From assembly GCA_038087875.1 (NCBI GenBank), contig CM075990.1, forward strand, positions 1,240,001 through 1,302,000: DNA of 62,000 bases. The letters are read 5' to 3'. The number at the start of each line of letters is the position of its first letter. The first letter of the stretch is position 1. A program made the translations under genes and the position numbers. The notes beneath the pieces were generated by a model, which made no database searches, was not told where the DNA came from, and saw only the letters and a list, made by a program, of their open reading frames with translations. Origin of the DNA: Malacoraja senta (taxonomy: Eukaryota). Below are positions 11,519-25,035 of the stretch, piece after piece.

Positions 11519-14109
11519 CAGTGCCCTCCATAATGTTTGGGACAAAGACCCATCATTTATTCATTTGCCTCTGTACTTCACAATTTGAGATTTGTAATAG
11601 AAAATATCACATGTGGTTAAAGTGCGCATTGTCAGATTTTAATAAAGGGTATTTTTATATATTTCCATTTCACCATGTAGAAATTACAGCAGTGTTTATA
11701 CATAGTCCCCCATTTCAGGGCACCCTAATGTTTGGGACACAGCAATGTCATGTAAATGAAAGTAGTCATGTTTAGAATTTTGTTGTATATCCTTTCCATG
11801 CAATGACTGCTTGAAGTCTGCGATTCATGGACATCACCAGTTGCTGAGTGTCTTCTCTGCTGAGCTCTGCCAGGCCTGTATTTGCAGCCATCTTTAACTT
11901 ATGCTTGTTTTGGGGGCTAGTTCCCTTCAGTTTTCTCTTCAGCATATAAAAGGCATGTTCAATTGGGTTCAGATCGGGTGATTGACTTGGCCACTCAAGA
12001 ATTGACCATTTTTTAGCTTTGATAAACTCCTTTGTTGCTTTAGCAGTATGTTTGGAATCATTGTCTTGCTGTAAAATGAACCGCCGGCCAATGAGTTTTG
12101 AGGCATTTGTTCGAACTTGAGCAGATAGGATATGTCTATACACTTCAGAATTGATTATGCCACTACCACCAGCAGTTGTATCACCAATGAAGTGAGCCAG
12201 TACCTTCAGCAGCCATACATGCCTAGGCCATAACACCCCCAGCACCGTGTTTCACAGATGAGGTGGTGTGCTTTGGATCATGGGCAGTTCCTTCTCTCCT
12301 CTATACTTTGCTCTTGCCATCACTCTGATATAATTTAATCTCTGTATCATCTGTCCAAAATACCTTTTTTTCCAGAACTGTGGTTGCTCTTTTAAGTACT
12401 TCTTGGCAAACTGTAACCTGGCCATCGTATTTTTGTGGCGAAACAGTGGTTTGCATCTTTCAGTGTAGCCTCTGTATTTCTGTTCATGAAGTCTTCTGCG
12501 GACAGTGGTCATTGACAAATCCATACCTGACTCCTGAAGAGTGTTTCTGATCTGTCGGACAGGTGTTTGGGGATTTTTCTTTATTATAGAGAGAATTCTT
12601 CTGTCATCAGCTGTGGAGGTCTTCCTTGGCCTGCCAGTCCCTTTGCGATTAGTAAGCTCACCAGTGCTCTCTTCTTAATCCAAGATTCAAGATTCAAGAG
12701 AGTTTATTGTCATGTGTCCCAGATAGGACAATGAAATTCTTGCTTTGTTTCAGCACAACAGAATATAGAATGCATGAATACAGAACAGATCAGTGTGTCC
12801 ATATACCATTGTATAAATATATACACACATGAATAAATAAAACAGATAAAGTGAAAATAAACAGATAATGGGCTATTAATGTTCAGATTTTTGTTTGAGT
12901 TGAGTTCAATAGCCTGATGGTTGTGGGGAAGGAACTGTTTCTGAACCTGGACGTTGCAGTCTTCAGGCTCCTGTACCTTCTACCTGAAGGTAGCGGGGAG
13001 ATGAGTGTGTGGCCAGGATGGTGTGGGTCCTTGATGATGCTGCCAGCCTTTTTGAGGCAGCGACTGCGATAGATCCCCTTGATGGTAGGGTGGTCAGGGC
13101 CGATGATGGACTGGGCAGTGTTTACTACTTTTTGTAGTCTTTTCCATTCCTGGGCGCTCAAGTTGCCGAACCAAGCTACGATGCAACCGGTCAGCATGCT
13201 CTCTACTGTGCACCTGTAGAAGTTAGAGAGAGTCCTCCTTGACATACCGACTCCCCGTAATCTTCTCAGGAAGTAGAGGCGCTGATGTGCTTTCTTTATG
13301 ATTGCATCAGTGTTCTCGGACCAAGAGAGATCTTTAGAGATGTGCACGCCCAGAAATTTGAAGCTCTTGACCCTTTCCACCATCGACCCATTGATATAAA
13401 CGGGACTGTGGGTCCCCATCCTACGTCTTCCAAAGTCCACAATCAGTTCCTTGGTTTTGCTGGTTATTGTGCTGGCACCATTTGGTCAGTCGGTCGATCT
13501 CTCTTCTGTACTCTGACTCGTCTCCATCAGTGATACGTCCCACAACAGTGGTGTCGTCAGCGAACTTGATGATGGTGTTCGCACTATGACCGGCTACGCA
13601 GTCATGAGTATAGAGTGAGTACAGCAGGGTGTTCCAAACAGTTGATTTTGGTAAGCTTAAGGTTTGTCTGATGTCTCGAACAGTTTTATTCTTCTTTCTT
13701 AGTCTCATAATGGCTTCTTTGACTTTCATTGGCACAACTTTGGTCCTCATGTTGATAAACAGCAATAAAAGTTTCCAAAGGTGATGGAAAGACTGGAAGA
13801 AAGACTAGGTGCTGAGAGCTCTCTTACACCTGCATTAAGGAGGCATTGATACACACCTGAGCAATCACAAACGCATGTGAAGCCATGTGTCCCAAACATG
13901 ATGGTGCCCTGAAATGGGGGGACTATGAATAAACACAGCTGTAATTTCTACATGGAAAAACCAAAATGTATAAAAATGGCCTTTAATAAAATCTGACAAT
14001 GTGCACTTTAACCACATGTGAATTTTTCTATTGCAACTCTCAAACTGTGGAGTATAGAGGCAAATAAATAAATGATGGGTCTTTGTCCCAAACATTATGG
14101 AGGACACTG
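11519..14109 (-). mobile_element. Tc1/mariner (DD34E) transposon with ~220-bp TIRs and TA TSD; transposase disrupted
   Basis: ta|cagtgccctccataatgtttgggacaaag ... ctttgtcccaaacattatggaggacactg|ta; QQDNDSKH...SPDLNPIE has 34 residues between D and E; N-terminal HTH near 13630-13750. Confidence 0.93.
12680..13628 (-). mobile_element. Rex1/Babar-type LINE 3' fragment inserted in the Tc1 transposase
   Basis: LLYSLYTHDC...KFADDTTVVG, KKAHQRLYFLRRL, FYRCTVES, SGRRYRS; (tcttgaa)n tail at 12680-12700. Confidence 0.85.
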
Positions 14110-14326
14110 TACACTGTTGTACAGACACTGGAGATGCGCCATCCAGTGTGTGAGGCTAGATGATAAAACAGAAGTCCACTGATGGGGCTTGGATGTGTGA
14201 AGCAGGGGTTACATCGCGGTGGTGTACCCGCACATGTTGAATGGTGCCAATACGACACGGGAGATGCCCCTGCATCCCAGTCCCCCACCCCAGAACTTTC
14301 ACCGCATGTCCTTTCACCCCAAACAG

Positions 14327-14505
14327 GCGAACGGCACGGGGGGCGGCGGTCATGTCCGCCTGGTGCAGCGTGCCATGGAGGACCTCACGTTCCAGTCACT
14401 CTGCTTTCCTGAGGCCATCAAGATGCGGGGAGTTGAGAGCAGGGAGAGTCTGCCGTACTACCACTACAGGGATGATGCACTGTTGGTCTGGGATGCTGTG
14501 TTGGG
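14327..14505 (+). CDS. ALOX5: ALOX5 exon 10 equivalent (179 bp)
   Basis: cag|GCG...GG|gtaag; [59 protein letters not shown]. Confidence 0.95.
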
Positions 14506-15809
14506 GTAAGTTAATGCTGGACTACGTTGTCCAGGGTATGTTGTGTTGTTCCCCAATGTTCAGTGGTGGTACCTGAGGACTGGAGGATCACTCATTATGC
14601 ACCCTTTTTAAGATGAGAGGGGCAAGATTTAATAGCCAGCTGAGGGGCAGGTTTTCACTCAGAGGGTGGTGGACACGCCAGAGGAGATAATTAGGCAGGT
14701 ACTATAACAGAGACACTTCCACAGGTACATGGATGGAAAAGGTTCAGAGAGATATGGGCCAAATGCAGGCAAACGGCTCAGATGGGGCAACTCGGTCGCC
14801 GTGGACGAGTTGGGCTGAAGTTAGTCTAGAATTAGAGGATCATCAGGGTCAGAATTAGCAATCACCTGGGCAAGTGGGCATTCATTGGTAAAAGCCGGCA
14901 TGCAATTATTTGTTATTCAAAAGATTTTTATCAAAATTATCTGAGCTGTCACTAAACTAAACTTGAACACAAGCTTTTTGGAATTCAATTTCCACATTAA
15001 GCACATTTCTTCATTAAATCATCAAAAATTAAAAAAAAATCTGTAAAGATAGGAAGTCACGCAATAAAAAGGTTTGTAAAATCCTGGGCAGAATGACTTG
15101 GAAACAGGGAACAATGAATGAGAGGGGAAAATTATCTTGAAGGGCAGCGTTCGCTTGCAGGGGAATGTGGCTGGGACATGACTTTCCCCAGTCCAAGTTA
15201 TTTCTAGGACTTCAATATGCAGGACACCGTGATTCTCAAATTCTCCGACAGCACACTGCCTGGATGGTGGAAGACCTCAAACCCTATGTACCTCTGACGC
15301 CACACCTCAGGCCTCGTAGAGTGTACAGAGAGGTTCACTGAAAGCATTCTTGGAAGGGAGACTGCTGTTGTTGGGGAGACTGGAGAATCCGGGGTTGTTC
15401 CCTATGGAACAGAGGAGGCCATGAGGGGATCTGATAGAGAGATTGGGAGTGGAGTGGGGGAAATGGAGTGGGGTTGGGAGATTGGAAGGGAAGTAGGATT
15501 GGGCTAGAATGTAGGATTAGGTGTCCTGGGCAGATTGGGAGTACGAGGGAGATTGAGAGTGAGGGGGAGATCAGGTGGAGGGAGATTGGGAGTTGGGGGG
15601 AGATGGGGAGTGGATGGATTTGGGGAGGCAACTGGGAACGAGGGGGAAGACTGGGACTAATGGAAAGAAGCCGGTGTTGTGTGCAGACAGCGAACAAGGG
15701 TGAATGGAGCAGCATTAAATGTGTTGGCAGGTGTTTTTGCCTTTTGGTCTTTCACCATATGTTCCTCATGGTGCTGTATTATTTAGGAATGTCAACTTGT
15801 TACCAACAG

Positions 15810-15931
15810 CTTTGTCACAGAGATAGTCAACATATATTACGATGATGATGCAACTGTTCAGACAGACACTGAGCTGCAGGCCTTTGTGAAGGACGTGTTT
15901 GTCTATGGGCTGAAAGACAATAAACGTTCAG
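15810..15931 (+). CDS. ALOX5: ALOX5 exon 11 equivalent (122 bp)
   Basis: cag|C...G|gtaac; [40 protein letters not shown]; phases 2/1 fit the neighbouring exons. Confidence 0.93.
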
Positions 15932-16317
15932 GTAACTCATGGCGCTCGACCTGTGTTCTACGTTCGACAACCGTGACGCAAATAAGGAGAGAAGGGTAGA
16001 AGAGGCAAGAAATGTGAAAAGCCAGAGGAAGGAATATACTGTAGGTGGAAGGAGATGGTGGGAGGGGGAGAGGGGGGATGGAGGGGCAGTGGGAGGGAGA
16101 ATTGGATGTGTATCCAGGTAGGGAACAGGGTAGAAAGAGGGATAAAGTGGGAGTGGTGTTTGTACGTCAGTTACTTAAAATTGGAGAAATCAGTGTTTAT
16201 ATTGTTGGGTTCTAAGCTACTCAAGTGAAATACGAATTATGACTGATACATCTTTGCCAAGATTTTAGTGTCTTTACATTTTGCCAGTTAACATAATTAT
16301 TAATTTTCCAACCGCAG

Positions 16318-16418
16318 GATTCCCTAAATCAGTGAAGACGATTCGGAAGCTCATCGAGTACCTGACCGTGATAATGTTCACCACTTCCTGCCAGCATGCT
16401 GCAGTCAATTTTGGCCAG
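16318..16418 (+). CDS. ALOX5: ALOX5 exon 12 equivalent (101 bp), iron ligands His/Asn
   Basis: cag|GA...CAG|gtacg; [33 protein letters not shown]. Confidence 0.95.
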
Positions 16419-16421
16419 GTA

Positions 16422-17520
16422 CGTTTTAAAGCTGGAAAGGGTTTACGAGGATGTTGCCAGGAGGAAAGGGCCTGAACTGTAGAGTAATGTTGAGAAGGCT
16501 GGGACTTTATTCCTTCGACCGCTGGAGGATATGGGGTGATTTTATAGATCTTGACTGGCTGGGTAGGTGAGCTGAGGAATGGTTGATGGAATTTAATTCA
16601 AAGAAATGTGAGGTGTTGCATTTTGGGAAGTCTAACAAGCGCAGGACCTACACAGCGAATGGCAGGGCTCTGGGGAGTGTTGTAGAGCAGAGGGATCTAT
16701 GTGCAGGTACATAGTAGCTTCTAAAAAGTGGCCTCACAGGTAGATAGGGTGGTCAAGATGGCTATTGGCGAATGGGCCTCCATCAGTTGGAGTATTGAGT
16801 ATAGAAACATAAAACATAGAAAGTGGGTGTAGGAATAGGCCTTTCGGTCCTTCAAGCCAGCACCACCATGCAATATGATCATGGCTGATCATCCAGAAAC
16901 AGTGCCCCGTTCCTATTTATTCCCCCATATCCCTTGATACCGTTAGCCCCCAAGAGCTATATCTAACTCTCTTGAATACATCCAGTGAATTGGCCTCCAC
17001 TGCCTTCTGCGGCAGAGAATTCCACAACTCTCTGGATGAAAAAGGTTTTCCTTATCTCAATCCTAAATGGCCTACTCCCTTATTCTTAAACTGCGACCCC
17101 TGGTTCTGGACTCCCCCAACATGAGGAACATTTTTCCTGCATCTAGCACGTAATAATTTTACATGTTTCTACAAGATCCCCTCTCATCCTAAATTCCAGT
17201 GAATATAAGCCCAGTCGGTCCATTCTTTCATCATATGTCAGTCCTGCCATCTCAGGAATTAACCTGGTGAACCTACTGTCTGTACAGAGTTTGTACATTC
17301 TCCCTGTGACCTGCGTGGGTTTTCTACGAGATCTTTGATTTCTTCACACACTCCAAAGGCGTGCGGGTTTGTACGTTAATCAGCCTCTGTAAATTGCCCC
17401 TAATGTGTAGGGAATGGATGAGAAAGTGGGATAACATAGAACTAGTGTGAACAGGTGATCGATGATAGGCATGGACATGGTGGGCTGAAGGGCCTGTTTC
17501 CATGCTGTATCACTAAACTG
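16422..17520. mobile_element. Cluster of CR1 fragments (+ ~16422-16805, - ~16806-17275) and a partial SINE (+ ~17278-17520)
   Basis: Decayed KCEVLHFG coding remnants, the CR1 3' UTR catagaaa...gatcatggctgatcatcc, and a V-SINE core plus tail. Confidence 0.6.
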
Positions 17521-17845
17521 AAGTAAATTGCAGCATCTGCATTCTCCCGTGTCTCCATCATGCAGTGGCATATCTGCCCATCCCCAGATCCAGTTACTTG
17601 TTTCAAGAAGGTGCCCAGTGGATTGCAGCTCCTGGCCCTGTAGGTTTAGCCACTGAAGCATATTCAACAGCACCTATAAAAGGGAGAGACACTGATGTGA
17701 GGTGTCACAGGTCATAGAATCATCCCCACCCAAGCACACGTCGGACTCTTGCAGCAACTAGACATCACCTTCTGTAACTGAACGGTCGAGAAAGAGGAAA
17801 CTAATTTGAGTGTACATTCCTCAACTGAATGTTCTGTGTTCATAG

Positions 17846-18016
17846 TACGACTGGTGTTCCTGGATCCCGAACGCCCCACCTACAATGCGGCGTCCTCCAC
17901 CCTCGGAGAAGGAGGTTGTGGACGTGGAGTACATCATAGAGAGTTTACCAGACAGGGGGCGGTCATGTTGGCATCTGGGCGCAGTGTGGGCACTCAGCCA
18001 GTTCCAGGACAACGAG
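17846..18016 (+). CDS. ALOX5: ALOX5 exon 13 equivalent (171 bp)
   Basis: tag|TAC...GAG|gtaag; [57 protein letters not shown]. Confidence 0.96.
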
Positions 18017-18939
18017 GTAAGTCACATTCAGAGAGATGTACGTCACTGAAACAGGCTGAGGGTCCAACCATCCAAACAGGTTCATCTGCCTGTGTGTTTT
18101 CGGCATGTTTGGAGCGCACGATGAATCAATAATTGAGAGAATAAAGATCAAGCTCTACCCTGAAGCCTTTAGTTTTCCTCACCTTCCCTCTTTTCTCCAC
18201 TGCCTCTCATCCCACCTCCTCCCAATCTCTTCCATTTAATTATTCCCCCTTTTTACAGTCAATGTTCTCCACAGTTCTGTCCCTCCTGTGGGCAGCCCAC
18301 ACCACATTTCTTTTGTTATCGATACCACCTCCACTGGAAGCTCTGAAGCATTTTCCTGCTCGGGCAAGGGCTGGTGGGTGGGGAATCTACCCACCCATTC
18401 CTCACTCCAGCGACTGTCCCAGTGACAACATTGTACCTAGATCACAATCTGATTCCTCTTAGTATTTAAATATGAAGAGCATCTGAGTTTTGATCATGAT
18501 TAAACAATGGTTTGGTTGTAACTTTGTCACCTTGGTACATAGATCTCTCCATGACCCTACCCATGCCAGTGTCCGGATTCACTTCCAACCCTCTCACCCT
18601 TCTTAATGGATTAACTTAGATGGGGCATCTTGGTCGGCACAAGAGTTGGGCTGAAGGGCCTGTTTCTATGCTGTATAACTCTATGATTCTTACCTTCAAA
18701 CATTTCCACGTTACGAGGTACTCTCAAAACAATCACTGCCCCTTCAGAGGCGATGTTTTCAACCAGACTCTGGTATTCCCTTTGCAACCTCCCTGTGTAT
18801 CTCTCACACTGTAAAGATCCTTCATCGACCCATCCTTGTCCACCTGTCCGAGTAACTCCTCACGTGACTCAGTGACACTTTGCTGAGCAGTGTCTGAGGC
18901 CATTTCACTGCGTTATAAAATGCTGTATAAGTAAAAGAA

Positions 18940-20350
18940 CATCCATCCCTTTACACCATTTCCCATAAGGAAGGTCTCAAGGCCCTCTGGTTCTTCCTCA
19001 AACAGAGACCCAACCACTTTCACCCTACTAACACTTCTCCTCCTGGCAGAACTTGTCCTCACCCTCAACAATGTCTCATTTGACTCCTCTCACATTATCC
19101 AAGTTAAAGGTGTAGCATGGGCCCCAGCCTTTTGTTGGGTAAGTTGAACAGTACATGTTCCAGGCATACACTAGCACCATCCCCCGACTCTTTCTCTGCT
19201 GCATCGATGCTTACTGCACCCTTGTAGAACTCATAGGCTTTAATAACTTCACCACTAACTTCAATCCTACCCTCAAAATTACCTGAACTATCCCTGACAC
19301 CTCATTCCCCTTTCATGTTCTCTCTGTCTCCATCACAAGGGTAGAAGATTGACTGTGTTATCCTGCAACATTTCCATCACCACCAACGTGATCCCACAAC
19401 CAGTCACATCTTCCCATCTACACCCTTTCAGCCTTCCACAGAGACCACTCACTCTGCAACTCCTTGGTTGACTCATCACTTCCCACCCAAACCACTCAGT
19501 CCCCAGGTACTTTCATATGCAACCACAGGAGATGTAACACCTGTCCTTATACCTCCTCCATCGCCTCCATCCAGGGATCCCAGCTGTCCTTCCAGGTGAG
19601 ATAAAGGTTCATGTGCACATCCTCTAACCTCATCTACTGCGTACAGTGTTTCTGATGTGGCCTCCTGTATGTCGGCGAGTCCAAGCGTAGACTCAGCGAC
19701 TGTTGCGCTCGGTCTGCCAAGGCCTACTAGATCTCCCAGTTGCTAACCATTTTAACTCCCCTTCCCATTCCCATATTGAGCTTTCTGTCCTAGGCCTCCT
19801 CCATTGCCAGAGTTAGGCCACATGCAAACTGGAGGAACAGCACCTCATATTCTCAACACCTCATGTTGCTTACAATCTAACAGTATGAACATTGAGTTCT
19901 CCAAATGTAGGTAACCTCTAACAATCCCCTCCTTCCCCTCCCTATTCTGCACCACACCCCCTATCTTTACCCCCCTGCCTTATCCCCAACCTAGACTTGC
20001 ACTTATTTCTCCGCCTGCCCCCACCCCCACCTGCATTCCATCCTTTAGCTTCACAATTTGCAACTCTGCAATCCTTTTTTCTCTAGCCTTTGTCCAACAA
20101 TCTTCTTATCAAACTCCCCCAGTGCCTGTTTTGACCTATTACCTGCCATGCTTTGTCATGTCCCTCCTCTAGTCTAGCTTTTTCCACCCCAGCACCCCCA
20201 CCCCACCCCCACACTTCACTACAATCAGTCTGAAGAAGAGTCCAGACCAAAAATATTGTCTATCCATGTTCCACAGGGATGCTCCCTGACCCACTGTTAC
20301 ACCAGCGCCTTATTTTTTTGGTAAACCAACATCTGCAATTCCTTATTTCT
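18940..20350 (+). mobile_element. Degenerate Penelope-like element
   Basis: Decayed RT (LAELVLTLNN) and GIY-YIG (NLIYC...YVGESKR) homologous to 8557-10895, ending in the ctgaagaag...cagcatctgca tail. Confidence 0.75.
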
Positions 20351-20419
20351 ACTGTATAAATACATACAGGTTCTGTTCATTGATTTGTATTTCAATATTT
20401 CGATTGTTTATTTCTGCAG

Positions 20420-20599
20420 CTATTTCTTGGAACATATCCTGATGAACATTTCATAGAGCAGCCTGTCAAGGAGGCCATGGAACATTTCCAGAAGAATCTC
20501 CAAAAAATTTCAAATCGCATTGCAGAAAGAAACAAGGATAAGAAGCTGCCTTATTATTATGCATCTCCAGACAGAACCCCCAACAGTATTGCGGTGTAG
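20420..20599 (+). CDS. ALOX5: ALOX5 terminal coding exon (exon 14 equivalent, 180 bp including TAG)
   Basis: cag|[62 protein letters not shown]. Confidence 0.96.
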   Translation, partial: LFLGTYPDEHFIEQPVKEAMEHFQKNLQKISNRIAERNKDKKLPYYYASPDRTPNSIAV

Positions 20600-21399
20600 G
20601 CGTTGGGGGCAGGGAGGTCCTTTCTGGTGCTCTGGAACTAGTGCTCTGTCTGCTTGGTCCATGTGTGCTGCCCGCTCTGTTTGTTTGCCCTCAGTCAGCA
20701 ACCTGTGATGACATTCTTCATCGAGATCTTTGAACTGCCTTCTGCTCGAATCTTGCTGAGGAGATGTGATGGTGGATCCAGCAGTGCCAGCCTCTGGCGG
20801 ACTGGACCAGACCTTCTTCAACTCACCAGACCAGCAAACGCCTCAGCTCAGCTTGTTCCAGTCTTGTTGCCATTTCATAACTTGTTCACATTTGCTTTTT
20901 TCACTTAGAATGTAACCACTGCTGGCAAGGCAGCAATTAAACCCCATCCAAAATATCTCAAGTAGTTGGTGGTAAAATGCTGTGAAGTTCTTCCTATGCT
21001 GTTGGATGGAGAATTGCATCATCTTGAAGGAGTTACAGGTTAATATCAGCATTGTAAGACTACCGATCGTTATCACAACCCATCTGGTTTGGAAGGGAAC
21101 CTGCCGTTCATGAAGAAACGAGGAACTGCAGGTGCTGGTTTACAGAAAAAAGACACAAAGTGCTGGAGTAACTTGGGGTCAAACAGCAGGGATAAATGTT
21201 CTGCAGAGATGGTGCCTGACCCACTGAGTTACTCCAGCACTTTGTGACTTAACCTGCTGTCCATGCCCTGTCTGGCCCTTGTGATCCGGGCCCATCAATG
21301 TGGGGCTGCCTCACAACTTGCCCAGTGAGTCAGTTGAAGGACAATTATGGATGGGCTTTAAATGCCAACCTTGCCTGTGACACCAGCGTCCTGTGAAGG

Positions 21400-21405
21400 A
21401 ATAAA
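21400..21405 (+). terminator. Candidate ALOX5 polyadenylation signal
   Basis: First AATAAA I found after the stop codon (~800-nt 3' UTR); no transcript evidence. Confidence 0.4.
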
Positions 21406-24051
21406 TTAACATTTAATATGGAAGAGTCAAGATTATTTAATTATCATATGTATATAGAACATGGAACAGCACAGGAACCACTTCAACCACTCTATCTATT
21501 CGTGTTGCCACTTTCAGGGAGCTATGGATTGGACTCAAAGATCCTGCTGCACATCAATGTTGTTAAGGGCCTTGCCATTAACTACTCTCTCCTTGCATCC
21601 GACCTTCCAAAGTGTAACATATTGTACTTCCTCAGATTAAACTCCATCTGCCATTTCTCCACACATTTATGTATTTGATCTAAATCCCACTTTATACATT
21701 GACAATTTTCTTCACTGTCCGCAACTCCATCAGTTTTGATGCCCTCTTCAAAGTTATTAACCAACTCATCTACATTTATGTCTAAAGAAGTCTAAAAAAA
21801 AGGAATCAGAGGAAGTCCCGACCCAAATTATCACTTTTTCATATTCTCCAGGTATGCTGCCTGACCCGCTGAGCTAGTCCAGCACTTTGTGTCTTTTTAA
21901 AAAACATTTATGTCCAAATTGTTTATGTACATCACAAACAACAAGGTCACAGCACAAATCCCTGCAGAACTTGGCATCATGTACGGCACAAACATTGTGG
22001 GCCGAAGGGCACGTTTCTTTGCTGCACTATTCTATGTTCTAACTCCACTGGTCACGGACTCTTTAATTAAAATAACACTCTTCCACCACAACCCTCTGTC
22101 TTCTATAAGTGAGCCGGTTCTCATCAGTTTTAATGATAACTTCTCAATCCATATCTATACGTGGCACTCAATACCATATCCTCAAACACCCAGGAACGAA
22201 AGAGACAATGGAGAGTGGTGCATACTGCCCGGTCCATCACAGCTACTGACTTCCCCACCATCAAAGGTACAGGAGGCACTGCCTCCAAAAGGCCCACACC
22301 ACCCCTCTAAACCTAGTTGTGATGCCAATCCAATGGGCAGCTTTATTCTGGAGTCAGAGAGCCATACAGCACAGGAACAGGGTCGGGGCCCACCATGTCC
22401 ATGCCTACTCTCAAGTATCCTCAATGCAATCCCATTTACCAACACTTCGTCTATAGCCCTTTATGCCTTGGTGATTCAGGAACTCGTCCATTGCTTCCTA
22501 ATGTGAGAGTTTCTGCCTCCATTACTTTCTCAGGCAGTGTATTCCAAACTCCAGCCAGCCTCTGGGAGAAAAATAATCCTTAACGTGTCGTTGCAACCTC
22601 TAACTTCATATCTTCAACCCATGCCTTCTAGTGATGACACCTGTACTATTGGAAATGTTTACCACCAACTATCCTGGTTCTCGTATTGTTGTACACCTCC
22701 ATCTGGTCACCCTTCAGCCTTCTCCATTCCAAGAAAAACAAACCCAGTATAACCAGTCACCCATCTTAACCCAACGGTCCATTCCAAGTCCCAGTGAATC
22801 TCCTTTGCTCACTCTTCAGAACATGCTTCCCATCCCCAGGTGACAGAACTGCACACAATATTCTAGAGATAGCATCTGAAGAAGGGTCCTGACCCAAAAC
22901 ATCACCTATCCTTTTGCTCCAGAGATGTTGCCTGACCTGCCGAGTTATTCCAGCATTATGTGTCCATCTTTGGTGTAAACCAGCATTTGCAGTTCTCGGT
23001 TTCTATGCAATTTTTTTCAGCTGTACCTGCTCTTATATTCCCTGTACCAGCTAATGAAGACCACCATCCTGTGTTCCTTCTTCACCGCCTATGTGGCATC
23101 TGTGTTGCCACTTTCAGGAATGTTTGTACTTGTACACCAATGTCTCTGTTCCTCAGTACTCCCTGGGACCCTGCCATTCATTGTGTATGTCCTACTCTTA
23201 TTTGTCCTCCAAATTATCACCTCACATTAATGGGATTAAAATCCATCTGCCATTGCTCTGCCCAATTCATTGGCTAATCAGTATCATTATGTTAACCTGG
23301 GACTATCCTCATTATCCATAATCCCATCAAAGTTCTTGGATGATGTTGGGCTTCCTGAGAGTTGGAGCGAAACGCATCCGTGCGAGCATCCCACTTTGCA
23401 CTTGCCTGTGCCCTGTAGGTGGTGGAAAGCTTCAAAACGTTGTCATGAATGGAAATGAACATTGTGCGATCATCAGCGACTGGCCCCATTATGAACCTTA
23501 TGATGTAAGGACGTTGATGACACTGCTAAACATAGTTGGTCAAGGAACACTACCCCGAAGAACCCGCAGAATGTCAAGGAGTTGAGATAAATGGCTTCCG
23601 ACCCGGGCAATTGGTGCTCTGAGGGAAGATCCATAGAGTTCTCCACGGTGCAGGTATGCAGGGCTTCCCCTGTAGCAACGCTGGGGATGCCCATCTAAGC
23701 TTGTCCCATTTACGGCCTTTGGCCCCAATCCCTCTAAACCTTTCCTAATCCATGTACATATCCAATGTCGTTATTGTAACAACCCAACTACCCCTCGCAG
23801 CTTGTTACAGTATAGAGATACAGCATGGAAGCAGCCCCGTTGAGTTAAAGATAGATTATATTTGATGGAGATATTGAGAAAGGTTTACTGAGGCCTTTTA
23901 TGGAACCACACAACAGGAGGAAGGTCAGACCCGGTCCTGAGTACCATGCCCTAGACATCTAGGCCGGGTCCAGCACCTCACAGCCACACACCGGCACTCA
24001 CACTCACACTCACACTCACACTCAACCTCCAGTGCCTTAAGGAAAACAGTT

Positions 24052-24357
24052 TAGGTGAGTTTAGATTTACAGCGCGGAAACAGGTCCTTCGGCCCACCGA
24101 GTCCGTGCCGACCAGCGATCCCTGCACACTAATGCTATCCTACACTAGGGGCAAAGTTTACATTTATTCCAAGCCAATTAACTTACAAACCTGTATGTCT
24201 TTTGGAGTGTGGGAGGAAACCAAAGTTCTTGGAGAAAACCCACGCAGGTCATGGGGAGAAAGTACAAACTCCGTACAGACAGCACTGTAGTCAGGATCGA
24301 ACCCGGGTCTCTGGCGCTGTAAGGCAGCAACTCAATCGCTGCGCCACTGTGCCGCCC
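24052..24357 (-). mobile_element. V-SINE/HE1-like SINE, near full length
   Basis: Reverse complement of gggcggcacagtggcgcagcg...ggttcgatcctgact (A/B boxes), V-domain and CR1-type tail. Confidence 0.8.
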
Positions 24358-24859
24358 CTTTGTACATGAAGAATTGAGCAGGAGATTGGTGATGGGTAGG
24401 AAAATGATGTTGGTTGAGCGGGAATGGTGTCAGAGACTCACACAGCACGGAAACAGGCCCAACCTGACCATGCTGGCCAAGATGCCCCATATGAGCTAGT
24501 CCCATTTGTCCACTGAAGCAAGGCAGTGCCCACAAACATGTGGTTTCTGCTCTATGTGTTATTCCAAACCACAATGCTCACATTTCCCACCCTCCTGGGA
24601 GGAGTTGCACTGATAAAGTATTTGGAAACTATTTGGAAGGAAGGCAAGGTGTGAAATTTAACCCAGCACAAGGGTGTTACCCTGGAATAATGTGTGGGAG
24701 GGGAGGGACATCTCGTGCTGGAGAGGGTGGAGATGTGGCAGGAAGAGGCTGGGGTGTGAGGTCTACATTACATGGGGATGCAAACACTATGGGCTGTCTA
24801 TGGCCTTGGTACCTGTGCTCAAGGCCTGATCCTCCACATGCTCTGCGCAGGGTACCACC

Positions 24860-25035
24860 TCACTCTCTCTCTCCTGCCCTCTCCCTTTCTCTCCCTCCCT
24901 CTCTCTACCCATCTCTCCCTCTCCGTCCCTCTCCCGCTCTGTCACTCGCTCTGTCCGTCTCTCTCTCTCCCTCCCTATCCCCTCTCTATCTCACCCTCTC
25001 TCCCTTTCCCTCTCCTCTCTCCCCCGCTCTCTCCG
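24860..25035. repeat. CT-rich low-complexity tract
   Basis: Almost purely pyrimidine (ctct/ccct) sequence. Confidence 0.9.

Noticed and set aside
20594..20596. C-terminal Val instead of Ile as an inactivating change in ALOX5
   Set aside because: The iron ligand is the main-chain carboxylate and the substitution is conservative; all other ligands and the reading frame are intact.
20510..20908. ORFs overlapping the ALOX5 last exon and 3' UTR
   Set aside because: Alternative-frame or antisense ORFs without recognisable motifs or splice support.
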